Assembly: GCA_964344235.1 (NCBI GenBank)
Contig: CAYFMJ010000001.1
Span: 32,001-96,000, forward strand
Length of the DNA stretch: 64,000 bases
Reading direction: 5' to 3'
Source: an uncultured Methanosarcinales archaeon
GTDB lineage: Archaea; Nanobdellota; Nanobdellia; Woesearchaeales; GW2011-AR9
Translations under genes and position numbers: made by a program
Part shown: piece after piece, positions 1 to 10,364 of the stretch
Layout of the letters: each line of letters starts with the position of its first letter
Numbering within the stretch: the first letter of the stretch is position 1
The notes under the pieces: generated by a model
What the model was told of the DNA's origin: nothing
The model's input: the letters and a program-made list of their open reading frames with translations, nothing else
Database searches by the model: none

Positions 1-1
1 T

Positions 2-697
2 GGTGGAGTGAAAGCGTTGAATGGTTGCAGCTTTGCCGTGGAGAAAGGAAAAATTACTGCATTAATTGGACCAAACGGATCTGGGAAGTCAACTATTTTT
101 AATGTTATCTCTCGCATACTGAAAGAAGATGCAGGCACAGTTGTGTTGCAGGGTAATGATGTGACTGCGGTGAAAGATTTTGCAGTGGCACGGCAAGGAG
201 TTGCGAGGACATTTCAGCAGGTTCGCTTGTTCAAGAACTTAACGATTCAAGAACATTTAGAAATTGCGATGGATGAACAGGATGAGGGGATGTTGAAAAA
301 TTTATTTCGAAGAAAGCGTGGTGGATTGCAGAGGATTAGAGAAGTGTTAGCAATTGTAGGATTAGATAAACCGCTTTCCACATACGCAACTGATTTATCC
401 TACGGACAGCGGAAGTTGTTAGATTTAGCAATTGCCATTGCCAAACCACATTCAGTATTGATGTTAGATGAGCCAGTAGCTGGAGTGAATCCAGCGTTAC
501 GGCAGGAGATTAAGAGAATTCTGCGAGACTTACATGCGAATGGTGAAACGATTTTAGTGATTGAACACGATATGAATTTTGTGATGGACTTAGCAGAATA
601 CATTTTTGTGCTTGACCAGGGCAAAGTGATTGCAGCAGGAAAACCAAAGACAATTCAAAATAACAAAAAGGTATTGAATGCGTATCTAGGAGAGTAG
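2..697 (+). CDS. livG: Branched-chain amino acid ABC transporter ATP-binding subunit (LivG-like), 5'-truncated by window edge
   Basis: Walker A GPNGSGKS, signature LSYGQRK, Walker B MLDEP, C-terminal AYLGE. The frame is open from base 2 (GGVKALNGCSF), so the true start lies upstream. Confidence 0.85.
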   Translation, partial: GGVKALNGCSFAVEKGKITALIGPNGSGKSTIFNVISRILKEDAGTVVLQGNDVTAVKDFAVARQGVARTFQQVRLFKNLTIQEHLEIAMDEQDEGMLKNLFRRKRGGLQRIREVLAIVGLDKPLSTYATDLSYGQRKLLDLAIAIAKPHSVLMLDEPVAGVNPALRQEIKRILRDLHANGETILVIEHDMNFVMDLAEYIFVLDQGKVIAAGKPKTIQNNKKVLNAYLGE

Positions 698-698
698 A

Positions 699-1409
699 AT
701 GTTAACGATTACAGGATTAAATGCTGGGTATGGGGAATTACATATTTTGAAGGATGTAGGAATTACTGTGAAAGCAAAACAAATGGTAGCGCTGATTGGA
801 CCAAACGGCGCTGGAAAGTCAACGGTGTTGAAATCGATTTTCAACATTGCTAAGGTATTGGGTGGGAAGATTGAGTTTAATGAGAAAGACGTTACCGGTT
901 TAAGAACACATGAGTTGTTAGGAGTAGGGATTAGTTATGTGCCGCAAGGAAGAATTAATTTTTCTGAGTTGACTGTATTAGAAAATTTAGAAATTGGTGG
1001 AGATATGATTAAAGATAAAGCAGTAATGCGGGAGCATTTAGAGAAAGTATTTGAGAAATTGCCAATCCTACGAGAGAAGCAGGATGATTTAGCATTTTCA
1101 TTAAGTGGAGGACAGCAGCAGATGTTAGCGCTAGGAAGGGCGTTGATGCAGAATCCACAATTGTTGTTATTAGATGAACCAACATTAGGGTTGAGTCCAA
1201 AGTTGCAGAAAGAGTTGTTCGCGACGTTACGTCGGTTACGAGATGAGGAAGGACTAGCGATTTTAATTGTGGAGCAGAATGCGAAGAAAGCGATAGAAGC
1301 AGCTGATAGGACGTATTTGTTAGAGAATGGAAAAGTTGCTTTGGAAGGAGGGAAAGAGATTGTGAAGAACCCTAAGATTAAAAGTATCTATTTAGGTGGG
1401 CATTATTAA
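699..1409 (+). CDS. livF: Branched-chain amino acid ABC transporter ATP-binding subunit (LivF-like)
   Basis: GPNGAGKS, LSGGQQQMLALGRAL, LLLDEP, C-terminal IYLGG; tandem with livG. Confidence 0.88.
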   Translation: MLTITGLNAGYGELHILKDVGITVKAKQMVALIGPNGAGKSTVLKSIFNIAKVLGGKIEFNEKDVTGLRTHELLGVGISYVPQGRINFSELTVLENLEIGGDMIKDKAVMREHLEKVFEKLPILREKQDDLAFSLSGGQQQMLALGRALMQNPQLLLLDEPTLGLSPKLQKELFATLRRLRDEEGLAILIVEQNAKKAIEAADRTYLLENGKVALEGGKEIVKNPKIKSIYLGGHY

Positions 1410-1446
1410 GAGAAAATTTATAAATAACTCGGGTTCTGCAGTGAGT

Positions 1447-1617
1447 ATGGAAGCAAAATTATGTCAAGCGACAAAAAAGCGAATTGAAAACGATTCGGGG
1501 GCAGTAACGTTCATGTGTCCACAGTGTGGTAAGCATGAAATTGTGCGGAGTTCATTTGCTCGAAAGAATGCAATCCCGTACACTTGTCCTGAATGTGGGT
1601 TTACAGGTCCTAATTAG
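1447..1617 (+). CDS. Zn-ribbon protein (HVO_2753/DUF1610-like)
   Basis: FMCPQCG...YTCPECGFTGPN; conserved position directly upstream of aEF-1beta; start refined to ATG 1447. Confidence 0.85.
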   Translation: MEAKLCQATKKRIENDSGAVTFMCPQCGKHEIVRSSFARKNAIPYTCPECGFTGPN

Positions 1618-1628
1618 AGGTGAATTTT

Positions 1629-1907
1629 ATGGCAAAAGCAATTATTACATTTAAATTAATGCCTGAATCTATCGATATAGATTTGGCACCAATTCAAGAG
1701 AAGGCGTTAGAGATTGCTAAAGGAGCAGGCTCTATCGGAGAAATGCAAGCGAAACAGGAACCTATTGCGTTCGGTTTGAAAGCAGTTCTTGTATTAGCGA
1801 TGTATGAAGTTGAGGGTAGTGATTTTGACGGTATTGCAGCAAAGATGGGCGAGTTAGAGGGTGTGCAAACTGCTGAGGTTGCTAAAATGGATTTAGCATT
1901 GGGATAG
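1629..1907 (+). CDS. ef1b: Archaeal elongation factor 1-beta
   Basis: KLMPES, EPIAFGLKAV motif; SD GAGGTG at 1617-1622 favours ATG 1629. Confidence 0.92.
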   Translation: MAKAIITFKLMPESIDIDLAPIQEKALEIAKGAGSIGEMQAKQEPIAFGLKAVLVLAMYEVEGSDFDGIAAKMGELEGVQTAEVAKMDLALG

Positions 1908-2207
1908 ATGGCGAGAAGTGAACTGATTTCTATTCTAGTAGAAAAGTCTCAATCCGGTGAACGGAGAGATTTTAGAGCTGCTTCTGATTTATCTATAAGG
2001 AGTTTCTATAAAGGCGGGGGAGTTAGTATGGCTACTGAACTTCTAAGATTTTATGAAGACATGTTAGTGCCACTCTACACAAAACTGGTACAAGGGTGCC
2101 CCCCAAGCCAATTTGAATCATTAGCTGATGATATTGAACATTTAGAAGCAGAGCGGAGCCATATTGTTGATTATATTCCTCAGTTACGTGGTAGCTTTTT
2201 GCATTAA
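1908..2207 (+). CDS. Hypothetical protein (probable paralog of 2258-2545)
   Basis: 99-aa ORF abutting ef1b; no recognised domain. Confidence 0.55.
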   Translation: MARSELISILVEKSQSGERRDFRAASDLSIRSFYKGGGVSMATELLRFYEDMLVPLYTKLVQGCPPSQFESLADDIEHLEAERSHIVDYIPQLRGSFLH

Positions 2208-2257
2208 TCGTTTTCAGAGATAATATAATTGCAATAAGTATAAAAAGCTGGCGTTCT

Positions 2258-2545
2258 TTGAACATTTTTATGGTTATTGATACTATATTCCAAACGATAT
2301 CTGCCTATCTTCCATTTAGGAATAACGGTGATAAAAAAGGATGCGAAGAACGAAGAGTGCCATGGGCTGCTATAGAGTTTTACAGATTCTATGGCGAAAG
2401 AATAGATATAATTGAGCATTATGTGGCTGATAATGATTTGAGTCTGGATGAGGTGCGTTGTCTTGAGAATTTAGCTCAACAGCTTCGGGAGAGAAGAAGA
2501 GAGATGGAGGACGAACATCCAGGACTGCCAATTATTTGCCCTTAA
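2258..2545 (+). CDS. Hypothetical protein (probable paralog of 1908-2207)
   Basis: 95-aa ORF after a TATA-like TATAAAA at ~2239; shares the A.E..RFY...L...R...D..P.L pattern with the upstream ORF. Confidence 0.55.
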   Translation: MNIFMVIDTIFQTISAYLPFRNNGDKKGCEERRVPWAAIEFYRFYGERIDIIEHYVADNDLSLDEVRCLENLAQQLRERRREMEDEHPGLPIICP

Positions 2546-3650
2546 GAATCCTGATTACTTCTTTGATTGACTTTTTTGTTTTAATTCCATTTAAAGAGAA
2601 ATGGGTCCGGACACCACGGAGGTTCTTTGTTGGCACGTCAAGTTTTGGACAGGCAATATAGTGTTTCTTGCTGATGACGTGGAGGTCATAAAAGCCAGGG
2701 AGATTGAGAGTGGATTCTTTTTGTAATGCTTCAAGAAATTTTTGTTCCTCTGGAAATGTGTTGTTTTTGACCATTGTCTTAAGAAGTTTAGAATCGAACA
2801 ATTTTCCAACCCATAATGGTCCTGCTACTTGGTTGAAGTTCTTTTCATTGTTACTCGGAGAAGTTTTGAATTCACTTGTTTTAGAGTTGTAAAGGAAGTA
2901 TTGATGTTGTTTCAGGAGATTATCACATTTCGTTTTACCACTGTCAGAGCGGAGGTAGATACGGACGTAATGGTCTTTGTGGTAACTTAGGATTGGAGTG
3001 AGTGCTTTCTCAAATTGTGCGCCAAGTAGTTGAATTTTTCGAATAAGAATTCTAATACCAATTTCGTGCATTAAATGATTCCGTAGCGGAGTTGCCCAAT
3101 ATTTACGTTTGGTGACGTTTTCATACGTTCCTGAAAGAGCAGCAGTGTCAGTTGCTGTAACAGCGATAATTCCTTTACGGGAAATTCTAGCGATAGCAGC
3201 TGAGAGGAAAGGGTTGGGGGAACCAAACGGATCGAGGTCGATGTAGTCGAAATAGCCGCAAAAACTTTTAGGTTTAGTTTTTGAATTGATTTGGTTGAGT
3301 AAGAAGAGAGATGCCTCTTCGTTTGTTATGGTGGTTTTTTTGGTTTTGATATTATTTGTTTTGAAGTTTTTGGTAAGTGTTTTGTTGAAATTCTCTTTTT
3401 TATCGTTGAAAAAAATGTGGTTGATTTTTTCTTTTGAGAGTTCTTTCAGAAAGCGTACGCCACGTATACCAGAACCTGCTAACGGTAAAGCAATGTTCAT
3501 GTCTTTGTTTAGAATAGAGTTGAGTAACGTTATGGAGATGTTTCTGTTGGAAACCATTATTGGATTGTAGAACACATCCATTTTTTTAGAAACGTTTTTT
3601 GTTGAATGGGAAACGCGGATTGTGGTGGAGTGTTCGGTTATTGATTGCAT
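2532..3650 (-). CDS. trm1: tRNA (guanine-26 N2) dimethyltransferase Trm1
   Basis: VFYNP.M..NR, SGIRGVR, DYIDLDPFGSP, VTATD.A.L.G, HE.GIRIL, GPLW.G.L motifs. Confidence 0.92.
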   Translation of the reverse strand: MQSITEHSTTIRVSHSTKNVSKKMDVFYNPIMVSNRNISITLLNSILNKDMNIALPLAGSGIRGVRFLKELSKEKINHIFFNDKKENFNKTLTKNFKTNNIKTKKTTITNEEASLFLLNQINSKTKPKSFCGYFDYIDLDPFGSPNPFLSAAIARISRKGIIAVTATDTAALSGTYENVTKRKYWATPLRNHLMHEIGIRILIRKIQLLGAQFEKALTPILSYHKDHYVRIYLRSDSGKTKCDNLLKQHQYFLYNSKTSEFKTSPSNNEKNFNQVAGPLWVGKLFDSKLLKTMVKNNTFPEEQKFLEALQKESTLNLPGFYDLHVISKKHYIACPKLDVPTKNLRGVRTHFSLNGIKTKKSIKEVIRILKGK

Positions 3651-3681
3651 GGAATGAAAAGAAGAAAGTGGTTTAAGAATC

Positions 3682-4716
3682 TTACGACATTTCTCGATAT
3701 ATTTGGACAGTGGTGGTGAACAATGCTAAGATAATTGGTCCAAAGAATAAGCCGAGAATACCGAAGACTTGTAAGCCACCAAGAACGCCAAGGAAAATGG
3801 CGAACGATGAGAGTTTGATTTTATTCCCAATCAATTTTGGTTTCAGGAAGTTGTCAACATAACCAAGTACAACAACGGAGAAGATGATGAGGATAATCGC
3901 TTTGACAATACTTCCCTGGATGAATAGGATGATAGCAGCAGGTATCCAGATCAGAGCTGCACCAACTGCTGGAATGAACGCGAGAATGGCCATGATTAAA
4001 CCCCAGAATAAAGGCAGTGGTAAACCAAGCAGAGCGAAGATGACGCCGCCAAAGAAGCCTTGCAATAAAGCCGTGCTGATATTCCCACCAACAACTGCGT
4101 TAATGGTTTGTTTTAGTCTGTCATAAATTCGGTGTTTGTATGCTTTCTTTAAAGGAATTGTTTCCAATAATGTTTCTTTGAATTCTCTGCCATGTTGTAG
4201 GAAGTAGAATGTTGCGAAGACCATGATGACTAAGAAAATGATTGCAGAGACAAAACCGCTAATTACATCGGAGATACTTTTGAAAAATAATGAACCGGCT
4301 GTTTGCAGAAGTTCGCCACTTTTTTGGGTGAAGCCTTCAGAGCGGAGATCGGTTTTCAGTTCCTTCGTTGCATCACAGAGGAAGCCTTCACGGCAATCAT
4401 GGTCACCCACATAGAGATTAATGTAATGTTCCGTTCTTTGAGAAAGGTCTTGTACTTGTTCCGCTAATGGAAGAACAAGACCGGCAAAGAGGACCAATAA
4501 GATAACTAAACCAAATAAGCCAACCAGTATTTGTGTTACAACTGTAGATTTTACTTTGCTTTGAATCCACTTGTATAGTGGAGATAAGAAATATGCAAGC
4601 AGTGCCCCTACGAGTAACGCGCTAAGATAGGGTTTAATGATGTATAAAGAGAGTGCTAAGAGTGCTACGAAGATTCCAATCATCACCCACTTCTTTTGTT
4701 GGTCTGAAAAGGCCAT
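3682..4716 (-). CDS. AI-2E (PerM/UPF0118) family transporter
   Basis: Multi-TM protein with FIPAVGAALIWIP, DNFLKPKLIG and GGLQVFGILGLFFGPIILA motifs. Confidence 0.88.
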   Translation of the reverse strand: MAFSDQQKKWVMIGIFVALLALSLYIIKPYLSALLVGALLAYFLSPLYKWIQSKVKSTVVTQILVGLFGLVILLVLFAGLVLPLAEQVQDLSQRTEHYINLYVGDHDCREGFLCDATKELKTDLRSEGFTQKSGELLQTAGSLFFKSISDVISGFVSAIIFLVIMVFATFYFLQHGREFKETLLETIPLKKAYKHRIYDRLKQTINAVVGGNISTALLQGFFGGVIFALLGLPLPLFWGLIMAILAFIPAVGAALIWIPAAIILFIQGSIVKAIILIIFSVVVLGYVDNFLKPKLIGNKIKLSSFAIFLGVLGGLQVFGILGLFFGPIILALFTTTVQIYREMS

Positions 4717-4793
4717 GTGTTAGAGAAAGATTGAGGGTATATAAAAGTTACTTCGTAGTTACATTTAAAAAGTTGGGGTTGTGGGAGTAGAAT

Positions 4794-6578
4794 ATGGCAA
4801 TTCGGAAAGTCTTAGTAACAGTGGTAGGGCATGTTGACCACGGAAAAACGTCGTTGTTAGATAAGATTAGACGGACCGCCGTCACACGAGGGGAAGCTGG
4901 CGGGATTACGCAGGCGATTGGAGTATCAATTATTCCGATTGAGACAATTAAGAAAGTCTGTGGAAGTTTATTAGATTCATTCAAAGACAATTTAACAGTT
5001 CCCGGTTTGTTAACTATCGATACGCCGGGTCATGCAGCATTTACATCTCTACGGAAGCGAGGAGGAAGTTTAGCGGACATTGCGATTTTAGTGGTAGATA
5101 TTAATGAGGGGTTTAAACCACAAACGATTGAGAGTATTGAAATTCTGAAGGCAAACAAAGTACCGTTTATTGTTGCCGCTAACAAGATTGATTTGATGCA
5201 TTATTGGCAGTATGATGAGAAGAAAAATTTGATGCAGAATATTGGTTCTTTAAATCACCAAATTCAGGGAGAGTTTGAAAAGAAGTTGTACGAACTCGTT
5301 GGACAATTTGGAGAACACGGTGTGCAAGCAGAGCGATTCGATAGAGTGCAGGATTATACCAAACAAATTGCCATCGTGCCAGTGTCTGCGGAAACTGGAC
5401 AGGGCATTCCAGAATTGTTAATGGTGTTAACGGGTTTAGCGCAGAAGTATTTGGAGGCGAGTCTAGAGATTGAAGAGGAAGGTAATTGTAAAGGAACGAT
5501 CTTGGAAGTAACCGAGGAGAAAGGGTTAGGTACGACGTTAAATGTGATTATTTACAATGGTTCTCTTGCTGTGAATGATACGCTGGTAATTGGTGGCGTG
5601 GAAGAACCGATTGTTGTTAAAGTACGGGCGTTACTTGAGCCAGCAGAATTGGCAGAGATGCGAGAGAAGAAAAGTAAGTTCAAGAATATCAAAGAAGTGC
5701 ATGCCGCTACAGGTGTAAAAATCGCAGCGCCAGGGTTAGAGAATGCTGTAGCAGGGATGCCCGTAAGAAGTTGTTCTGGAGATGCTGAGGAAGTGGAGAG
5801 GTTAAAGAAAGAAGTACAGGAAGAGGTTGGCGAGACAGTTGTTGAGAATGAAGAAATGGGCGTGATGATTAAAGCCGATACAATTGGTGGTTTGGAAGCA
5901 TTACGAAAATTGTTGGAAGAGAAAGATATTCCCGTTTCATCTGCATCTTTAGGAAATATTAGTAAGAAAGATTTAGCGAGCTTGGAATCGTTGAAGGATA
6001 AAGATCCATTCTTTGGCGTGTTACTTGGATTTAATATTACGTTGGGAAGTGATTTAGAAGAAACTTTGAAGAATAAGAAATTGAAAGTGATTACCCACGA
6101 TGTTATTTACCAAATCATCGATGATTATGAAGAGTATCGTGAGACGTTGAAGAAAGATATTGAAATGAAAGAGTTCTCTGCATTGGTTCGACCGTGTAAA
6201 TTTGCTGTGTTGAAGGGGTATACATTTAGACAGAGTAATCCCGCGATTGTTGGAGTGGAGATTGAAATTGGTCGGATAAAAACAGGAGACGGCATTTTGA
6301 AAGATGGTCGAGGTCGCGTTGGAGTTGTTAAGAGTTTGAAGGAAGGAAAAGAAAATGTGTCTGTTGCAGAGCAGGGAAGGCAATTAGCGATGGCAATGGA
6401 AGGAGTTACTCTAGGAAGACAAGTGGAAGAGGGTGACTTTCTGTATACAGATATTCCTGAAGAAGATTTTGTGAAGTTGAAAGCGTTGAAGCAACATTTA
6501 TCTAAGGTTGAGATTAGTGTGCTGAAAGAAATAGCTGAGATTAAACGGAAAGATAACCCTGTGTGGGGAGTTGGGTAA
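4794..6578 (+). CDS. infB: Translation initiation factor aIF5B (IF-2)
   Basis: GHVDHGKTSLLD, EAGGITQ, DTPGH, NKID, IKADTIGGLEAL. Confidence 0.96.
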   Translation: MAIRKVLVTVVGHVDHGKTSLLDKIRRTAVTRGEAGGITQAIGVSIIPIETIKKVCGSLLDSFKDNLTVPGLLTIDTPGHAAFTSLRKRGGSLADIAILVVDINEGFKPQTIESIEILKANKVPFIVAANKIDLMHYWQYDEKKNLMQNIGSLNHQIQGEFEKKLYELVGQFGEHGVQAERFDRVQDYTKQIAIVPVSAETGQGIPELLMVLTGLAQKYLEASLEIEEEGNCKGTILEVTEEKGLGTTLNVIIYNGSLAVNDTLVIGGVEEPIVVKVRALLEPAELAEMREKKSKFKNIKEVHAATGVKIAAPGLENAVAGMPVRSCSGDAEEVERLKKEVQEEVGETVVENEEMGVMIKADTIGGLEALRKLLEEKDIPVSSASLGNISKKDLASLESLKDKDPFFGVLLGFNITLGSDLEETLKNKKLKVITHDVIYQIIDDYEEYRETLKKDIEMKEFSALVRPCKFAVLKGYTFRQSNPAIVGVEIEIGRIKTGDGILKDGRGRVGVVKSLKEGKENVSVAEQGRQLAMAMEGVTLGRQVEEGDFLYTDIPEEDFVKLKALKQHLSKVEISVLKEIAEIKRKDNPVWGVG

Positions 6579-6603
6579 AGAAAAAAAGAGAAAAGAAAAA
6601 AAA

Positions 6604-8031
6604 TTAAATTTCTTCTGTTACAGTTGCATCTTCTGCAGTTGTTCCTTCAATGATTACTTCCATGCCACCGGCACTTGCAATCTTTTCCGGATAATTTGCC
6701 AAGACTTTTGCAGCTAAACGAGTATCCTCACCGCTGTATCCCGCGATTAGTAAGGCATAGTTGCCATTAGCATGTTGGAACAACTGGATCTTCGCTTTAC
6801 CTGGTTCGAAGCCTTCTGTACAGTCTGAAGGAAAGCCAAGTAATTCTGCTGCAACAGTGTTAACACAGGGGTTACCAACAACGATCAAGTTCTGTGCTGG
6901 GACACTAGCAATTTCTGAATCAAGTTTTGTCGCACCCATACTAGGTTCATAGTAGCCCAATGTAGCGAAAAATACCGCCACATCAATCATAGAGAGAACA
7001 TCAATAGGGGCCGCAGATTCACCAACAACAAACAGGCCGTTAAATTTCCCTTCAGTAAGGAACATGGTAGGATAATCTGAAAGATCATTTCCTACAGGTA
7101 AATTGTAAACTTCTGTCTCGAAATCATCAACTTCCTCAATGAACTCTTCAATGTCGTTCTCCAAATCTTTAAGGTCGTCTGTCAATTCGTCTTTTTCCTC
7201 ATCGTTCAATTCAGAATCTTCAATTTGATCAATCAGATCGTGAACTGCATCTTCAAGGTCCATGAGGGATTCACTTAGCGAGTTGATGTCATCCTTAGCT
7301 TCAGAAAGTGTTTCTTCGCCAGATTATTCAATTGCATCGTCAACAGCATCTTTGATGTCATCGAACCAATCTTCGAGATCTTTGTATTCATCTTGTAGGT
7401 CATCAACTGCGTCTTCGTAAAGACTTAAGCCAGCTAACTCTGCATCAATCATTGCTTTAAAGACACTATATGGTTGAGCGCCTAGTAATGGTTTATCGTT
7501 GATGAAAAACTGGGGAGTGCCAGTGATTCCAGCATCGGCTGCCTCAGCGAAGTTGTTTTCAACTAAGTTAGTATATTTACCGTTCATCAGACATTGAGTG
7601 AATTCAGGAACGTTGATACCTGACTTTTTAGCTAATGTTCGAAATGTTGAGTAGTCAAAGTCCGGGTTTTTCCAGAATAAGTATCGTTGGTATTGCCAAT
7701 ACTTTCCTTGTTCACCCGCACAGTGAGCTGCTTCAGAAGCTTCTTGAGCCCATGGGTGAAACGATAGAGGGAAGTCATGGAAAACGATTTGCACTAACCC
7801 TTTGTTAATGTAATTAGTCTTAATTTTAGGAAATGTTTCCTTGTAGAAGTTTTTGTTAAATGGGCCTTGGTAATCTCCAAACCAGACAATTGTCACTGGA
7901 GCATTTCCTGCACCAAGTGAAGGGCCTTCAACAAAATCTTCATTAAATTCAGGTTCAGCAATAGCTGTTACAGCAAAGATTGAAACAAGAAATACTGTAA
8001 GTAAAACCATACTTAATGTTGATTTTTTCAT
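6604..8031 (-). pseudogene. Secreted DsbA/thioredoxin + acidic helical + S-layer C-terminal domain protein interrupted by one in-frame TAA (7324-7326)
   Basis: ORFs 7324-8031 (signal peptide, DsbA-like DYQGPF, DFPL, GITGTP.FFIN) and 6604-7263 (NLIVVGNPCVN S-layer motif) are in the same frame. The 20 codons between them (SGEETLSEAKDDINSLSESL) are open and continue the acidic helix. Confidence 0.7.
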
Positions 8032-8160
8032 TTTTGTAATGCCTCGTGTGTGTTTTTATTGCCAGAAGAGGGTTGTTTATTTAAACTTTCGCATTGTTAT
8101 TACTACCAAGTGGTTTTTTTGAAGGAAACTATTAAGTAGCTCGATGATTCTGGAAGGTAG

Positions 8161-8625
8161 ATGATTGGATTAAAAATATTGAATTCGAGGGAACGGAAGA
8201 AGATGAATGAAATTCTAAAGCAGCAGTTTGGTTGTAGTTTGGTGAAAGAGTATGCGTACTTGATGAATGGTAAAGATAAAGCGTTTGTGGTGAATAAAGA
8301 TGTTGATAGAGTTGATTTAGGAAAGATTCGAGTGGATAGATTGGGGTTATATTTCGCTGAATGGAAGAATACGCAGGTTAGATTGAGTAAGGAAGGAGCG
8401 GCGTTACTTGTTGCGGAGAATAAGGGCAAAGTGGAGAATATTGTAGATTTGAGTAAGGAAGAGGTTGAGAAGTATTTCAAAGGGAATGATTTGAAGAAAG
8501 ATTTAGGGGGGGATCGTTTGGTTATTTTACGATTTGAGGATAATATTATTGGTTGTGCTAAGTATAAACAAGGAGAAATTCTGAATTTTTTGCCTAAAAT
8601 TCATAGGGGAACCGTTATCGTTTGA
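8161..8625 (+). CDS. NIP7/RsmF C-terminal PUA-like RNA-binding protein
   Basis: RLGLYFA, RLSKEGA.L, vDLS.EE...YFKG.DL, GCAK...ILNFLPK pattern of pre-PUA/PUA domains. Confidence 0.7.
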   Translation: MIGLKILNSRERKKMNEILKQQFGCSLVKEYAYLMNGKDKAFVVNKDVDRVDLGKIRVDRLGLYFAEWKNTQVRLSKEGAALLVAENKGKVENIVDLSKEEVEKYFKGNDLKKDLGGDRLVILRFEDNIIGCAKYKQGEILNFLPKIHRGTVIV

Positions 8626-8715
8626 GGGGGGGTACTACTTTTAAGTAGCGTCTTTACGAAACATTTATAAAAAACTATAGTCTGGAGTATCTAAAACCTC
8701 GAGGAGCGATTTAAA

Positions 8716-10332
8716 ATGAGAATGAAAGCATTATATTTACTTGTCTTGGCTGTTTTTCTAGTTGGTTTAGTAAGCCCAGGAGTTGCAGCTGCGGATGAAG
8801 TTGACTTAAAAGTAACTAACTTAGGATTGTCAACATTCGATTTTGATGCTGATGCTAAAACTGTTTCATTTAGTGTTGGTGTACAGAATGTAGGGGATGT
8901 AGAAGTTGAAGACTATGAAATCACTTTACAGACTCTTGCAGAAGATGGTTCTGTTGTTGACAGCAAAACATACGATAATAAGTTCAAAAGTGCGTTAGTA
9001 CCAAATGCAATGAGAAGCCATGGAGTAGTTGATTTGCCTGTAGATGCAGATTTACTTGCAAATGAAGGAATTGTAAGAATTGGCGCGGTTGTTGAAACAG
9101 AAGGCGATGTTGAGCCTACAAACAACGAAGCAACAAAAGATTTCCAGGTTGACGAAATAAATTACGATTTAATTGTCTTTGGTATGGCTCAGAGTGAATT
9201 TGAGGTTGATGAAAATGGTTTAGCTTCATTTACTGTCTTTGTACAAAACATTGGAACCACACAAATCCAAGATAGTTACTCAGTTTTAGTTGAAACATTG
9301 GATAATGAAGGGAACGTTGTTGGAACGTATGTAAAAAATACGTTTGGAACATTAACTCCAAATTCAATCTTATATGTTCATGTTTCAGACATCTTAGTTG
9401 ACACCACTGAAGCAACAACCACTCTTCGAGCAACTGTTGATTCAGAGAATGTGATTGCTGAAACAAATGAAGAGAACAACGTACTGACAAAGGTTGTTGA
9501 CTTACCTGGAGATGTTGTTATTGTTGCAGATGAAGATGGTGACGGTATTGAAGATGCAGACGATAATTGTCCAGCTGTCGAGAATGCAGATCAGGCTGAC
9601 GTTGACGGAGATTCTGTAGGAGATGCTTGTGATGGTGATAACACAGATGGCCCTTTAGCAGATGCTGACGAAGACGGTGTTGCTAATGCTGAAGACAATT
9701 GTCCAGCCGACGCTAATACTGATCAAATTGATACAGACGGTGACGGTACAGGAGATGTCTGTGAACCCGTTGAGTTAAGCGAAGAGGAAGAAGATCTTAT
9801 TGGGTTTGAAGATGATTACGATGAGTATTACAAGGACTTCAAAGATCTGAAGAAAGATTACAAGAAAGAGCTTAAGGACAAAGATTACGATAAAATCGAT
9901 GAGATTGAAGAAGATTTAATCTCATTAGATGATGACCTTGAGAACTTAGAAGAAGACGTAGAGGACTTGGAGGAAGAGATCGAAGATGCTGATCCCGCAT
10001 TAGAGAATGAGGATGAGTTGCTTGATGATATCGAAACACTCTTAGATGACATCGATGAATTGCGTGATGACATTGCTGCGTTAATTGGTGATGATATTAA
10101 CAGTTCATTTTCAAGTTCCAGTTCAAACTTTGACCCATATGTTCCACCAGTACAGGAAGATAACGTTGTCTTAGAACCGTTCAACTTCGATCTCCCTGCG
10201 TTTACAGGAGCAAGCGTTGCTCCGGAAGAAACGTCTGGTTGGAGTGACTTTAGATTAATCGCATGGGGCATTGCAGGACTTGTAGTCTTGTTAGCGGTAA
10301 TAATCTTCTTAGTTGCAGTATTACTGCGATAA
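8716..10332 (+). CDS. Cell-surface protein: two CARDB-like Ig domains, thrombospondin type-3 repeats, acidic helical bundle, C-terminal TM anchor
   Basis: Signal peptide; V.NVG/V.NIG...E..E.NN CARDB pattern; D.DGDG..D..DNCP...N.DQ.D.DGDG.GD.C repeats; terminal hydrophobic helix. Confidence 0.85.
   Translation: MRMKALYLLVLAVFLVGLVSPGVAAADEVDLKVTNLGLSTFDFDADAKTVSFSVGVQNVGDVEVEDYEITLQTLAEDGSVVDSKTYDNKFKSALVPNAMRSHGVVDLPVDADLLANEGIVRIGAVVETEGDVEPTNNEATKDFQVDEINYDLIVFGMAQSEFEVDENGLASFTVFVQNIGTTQIQDSYSVLVETLDNEGNVVGTYVKNTFGTLTPNSILYVHVSDILVDTTEATTTLRATVDSENVIAETNEENNVLTKVVDLPGDVVIVADEDGDGIEDADDNCPAVENADQADVDGDSVGDACDGDNTDGPLADADEDGVANAEDNCPADANTDQIDTDGDGTGDVCEPVELSEEEEDLIGFEDDYDEYYKDFKDLKKDYKKELKDKDYDKIDEIEEDLISLDDDLENLEEDVEDLEEEIEDADPALENEDELLDDIETLLDDIDELRDDIAALIGDDINSSFSSSSSNFDPYVPPVQEDNVVLEPFNFDLPAFTGASVAPEETSGWSDFRLIAWGIAGLVVLLAVIIFLVAVLLR
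9535..9770 (+). repeat. Thrombospondin type-3-like Ca-binding repeats (two units)
   Basis: [34 protein letters not shown] and [34 protein letters not shown]; boundaries approximate. Confidence 0.8.
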
Positions 10333-10360
10333 TTTTTTATTTTATTATTTTATTTATTTC
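10333..10360 (+). terminator. T-rich archaeal-type terminator
   Basis: Oligo-T tracts immediately after the stop of 8716-10332. Confidence 0.5.
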
Positions 10361-10364
10361 TATA

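Noticed and set aside
7324-7326. Genome-wide TAA reassignment
   Set aside because: TAA terminates many conserved genes at their expected ends (e.g. infB, rio1, top6B).
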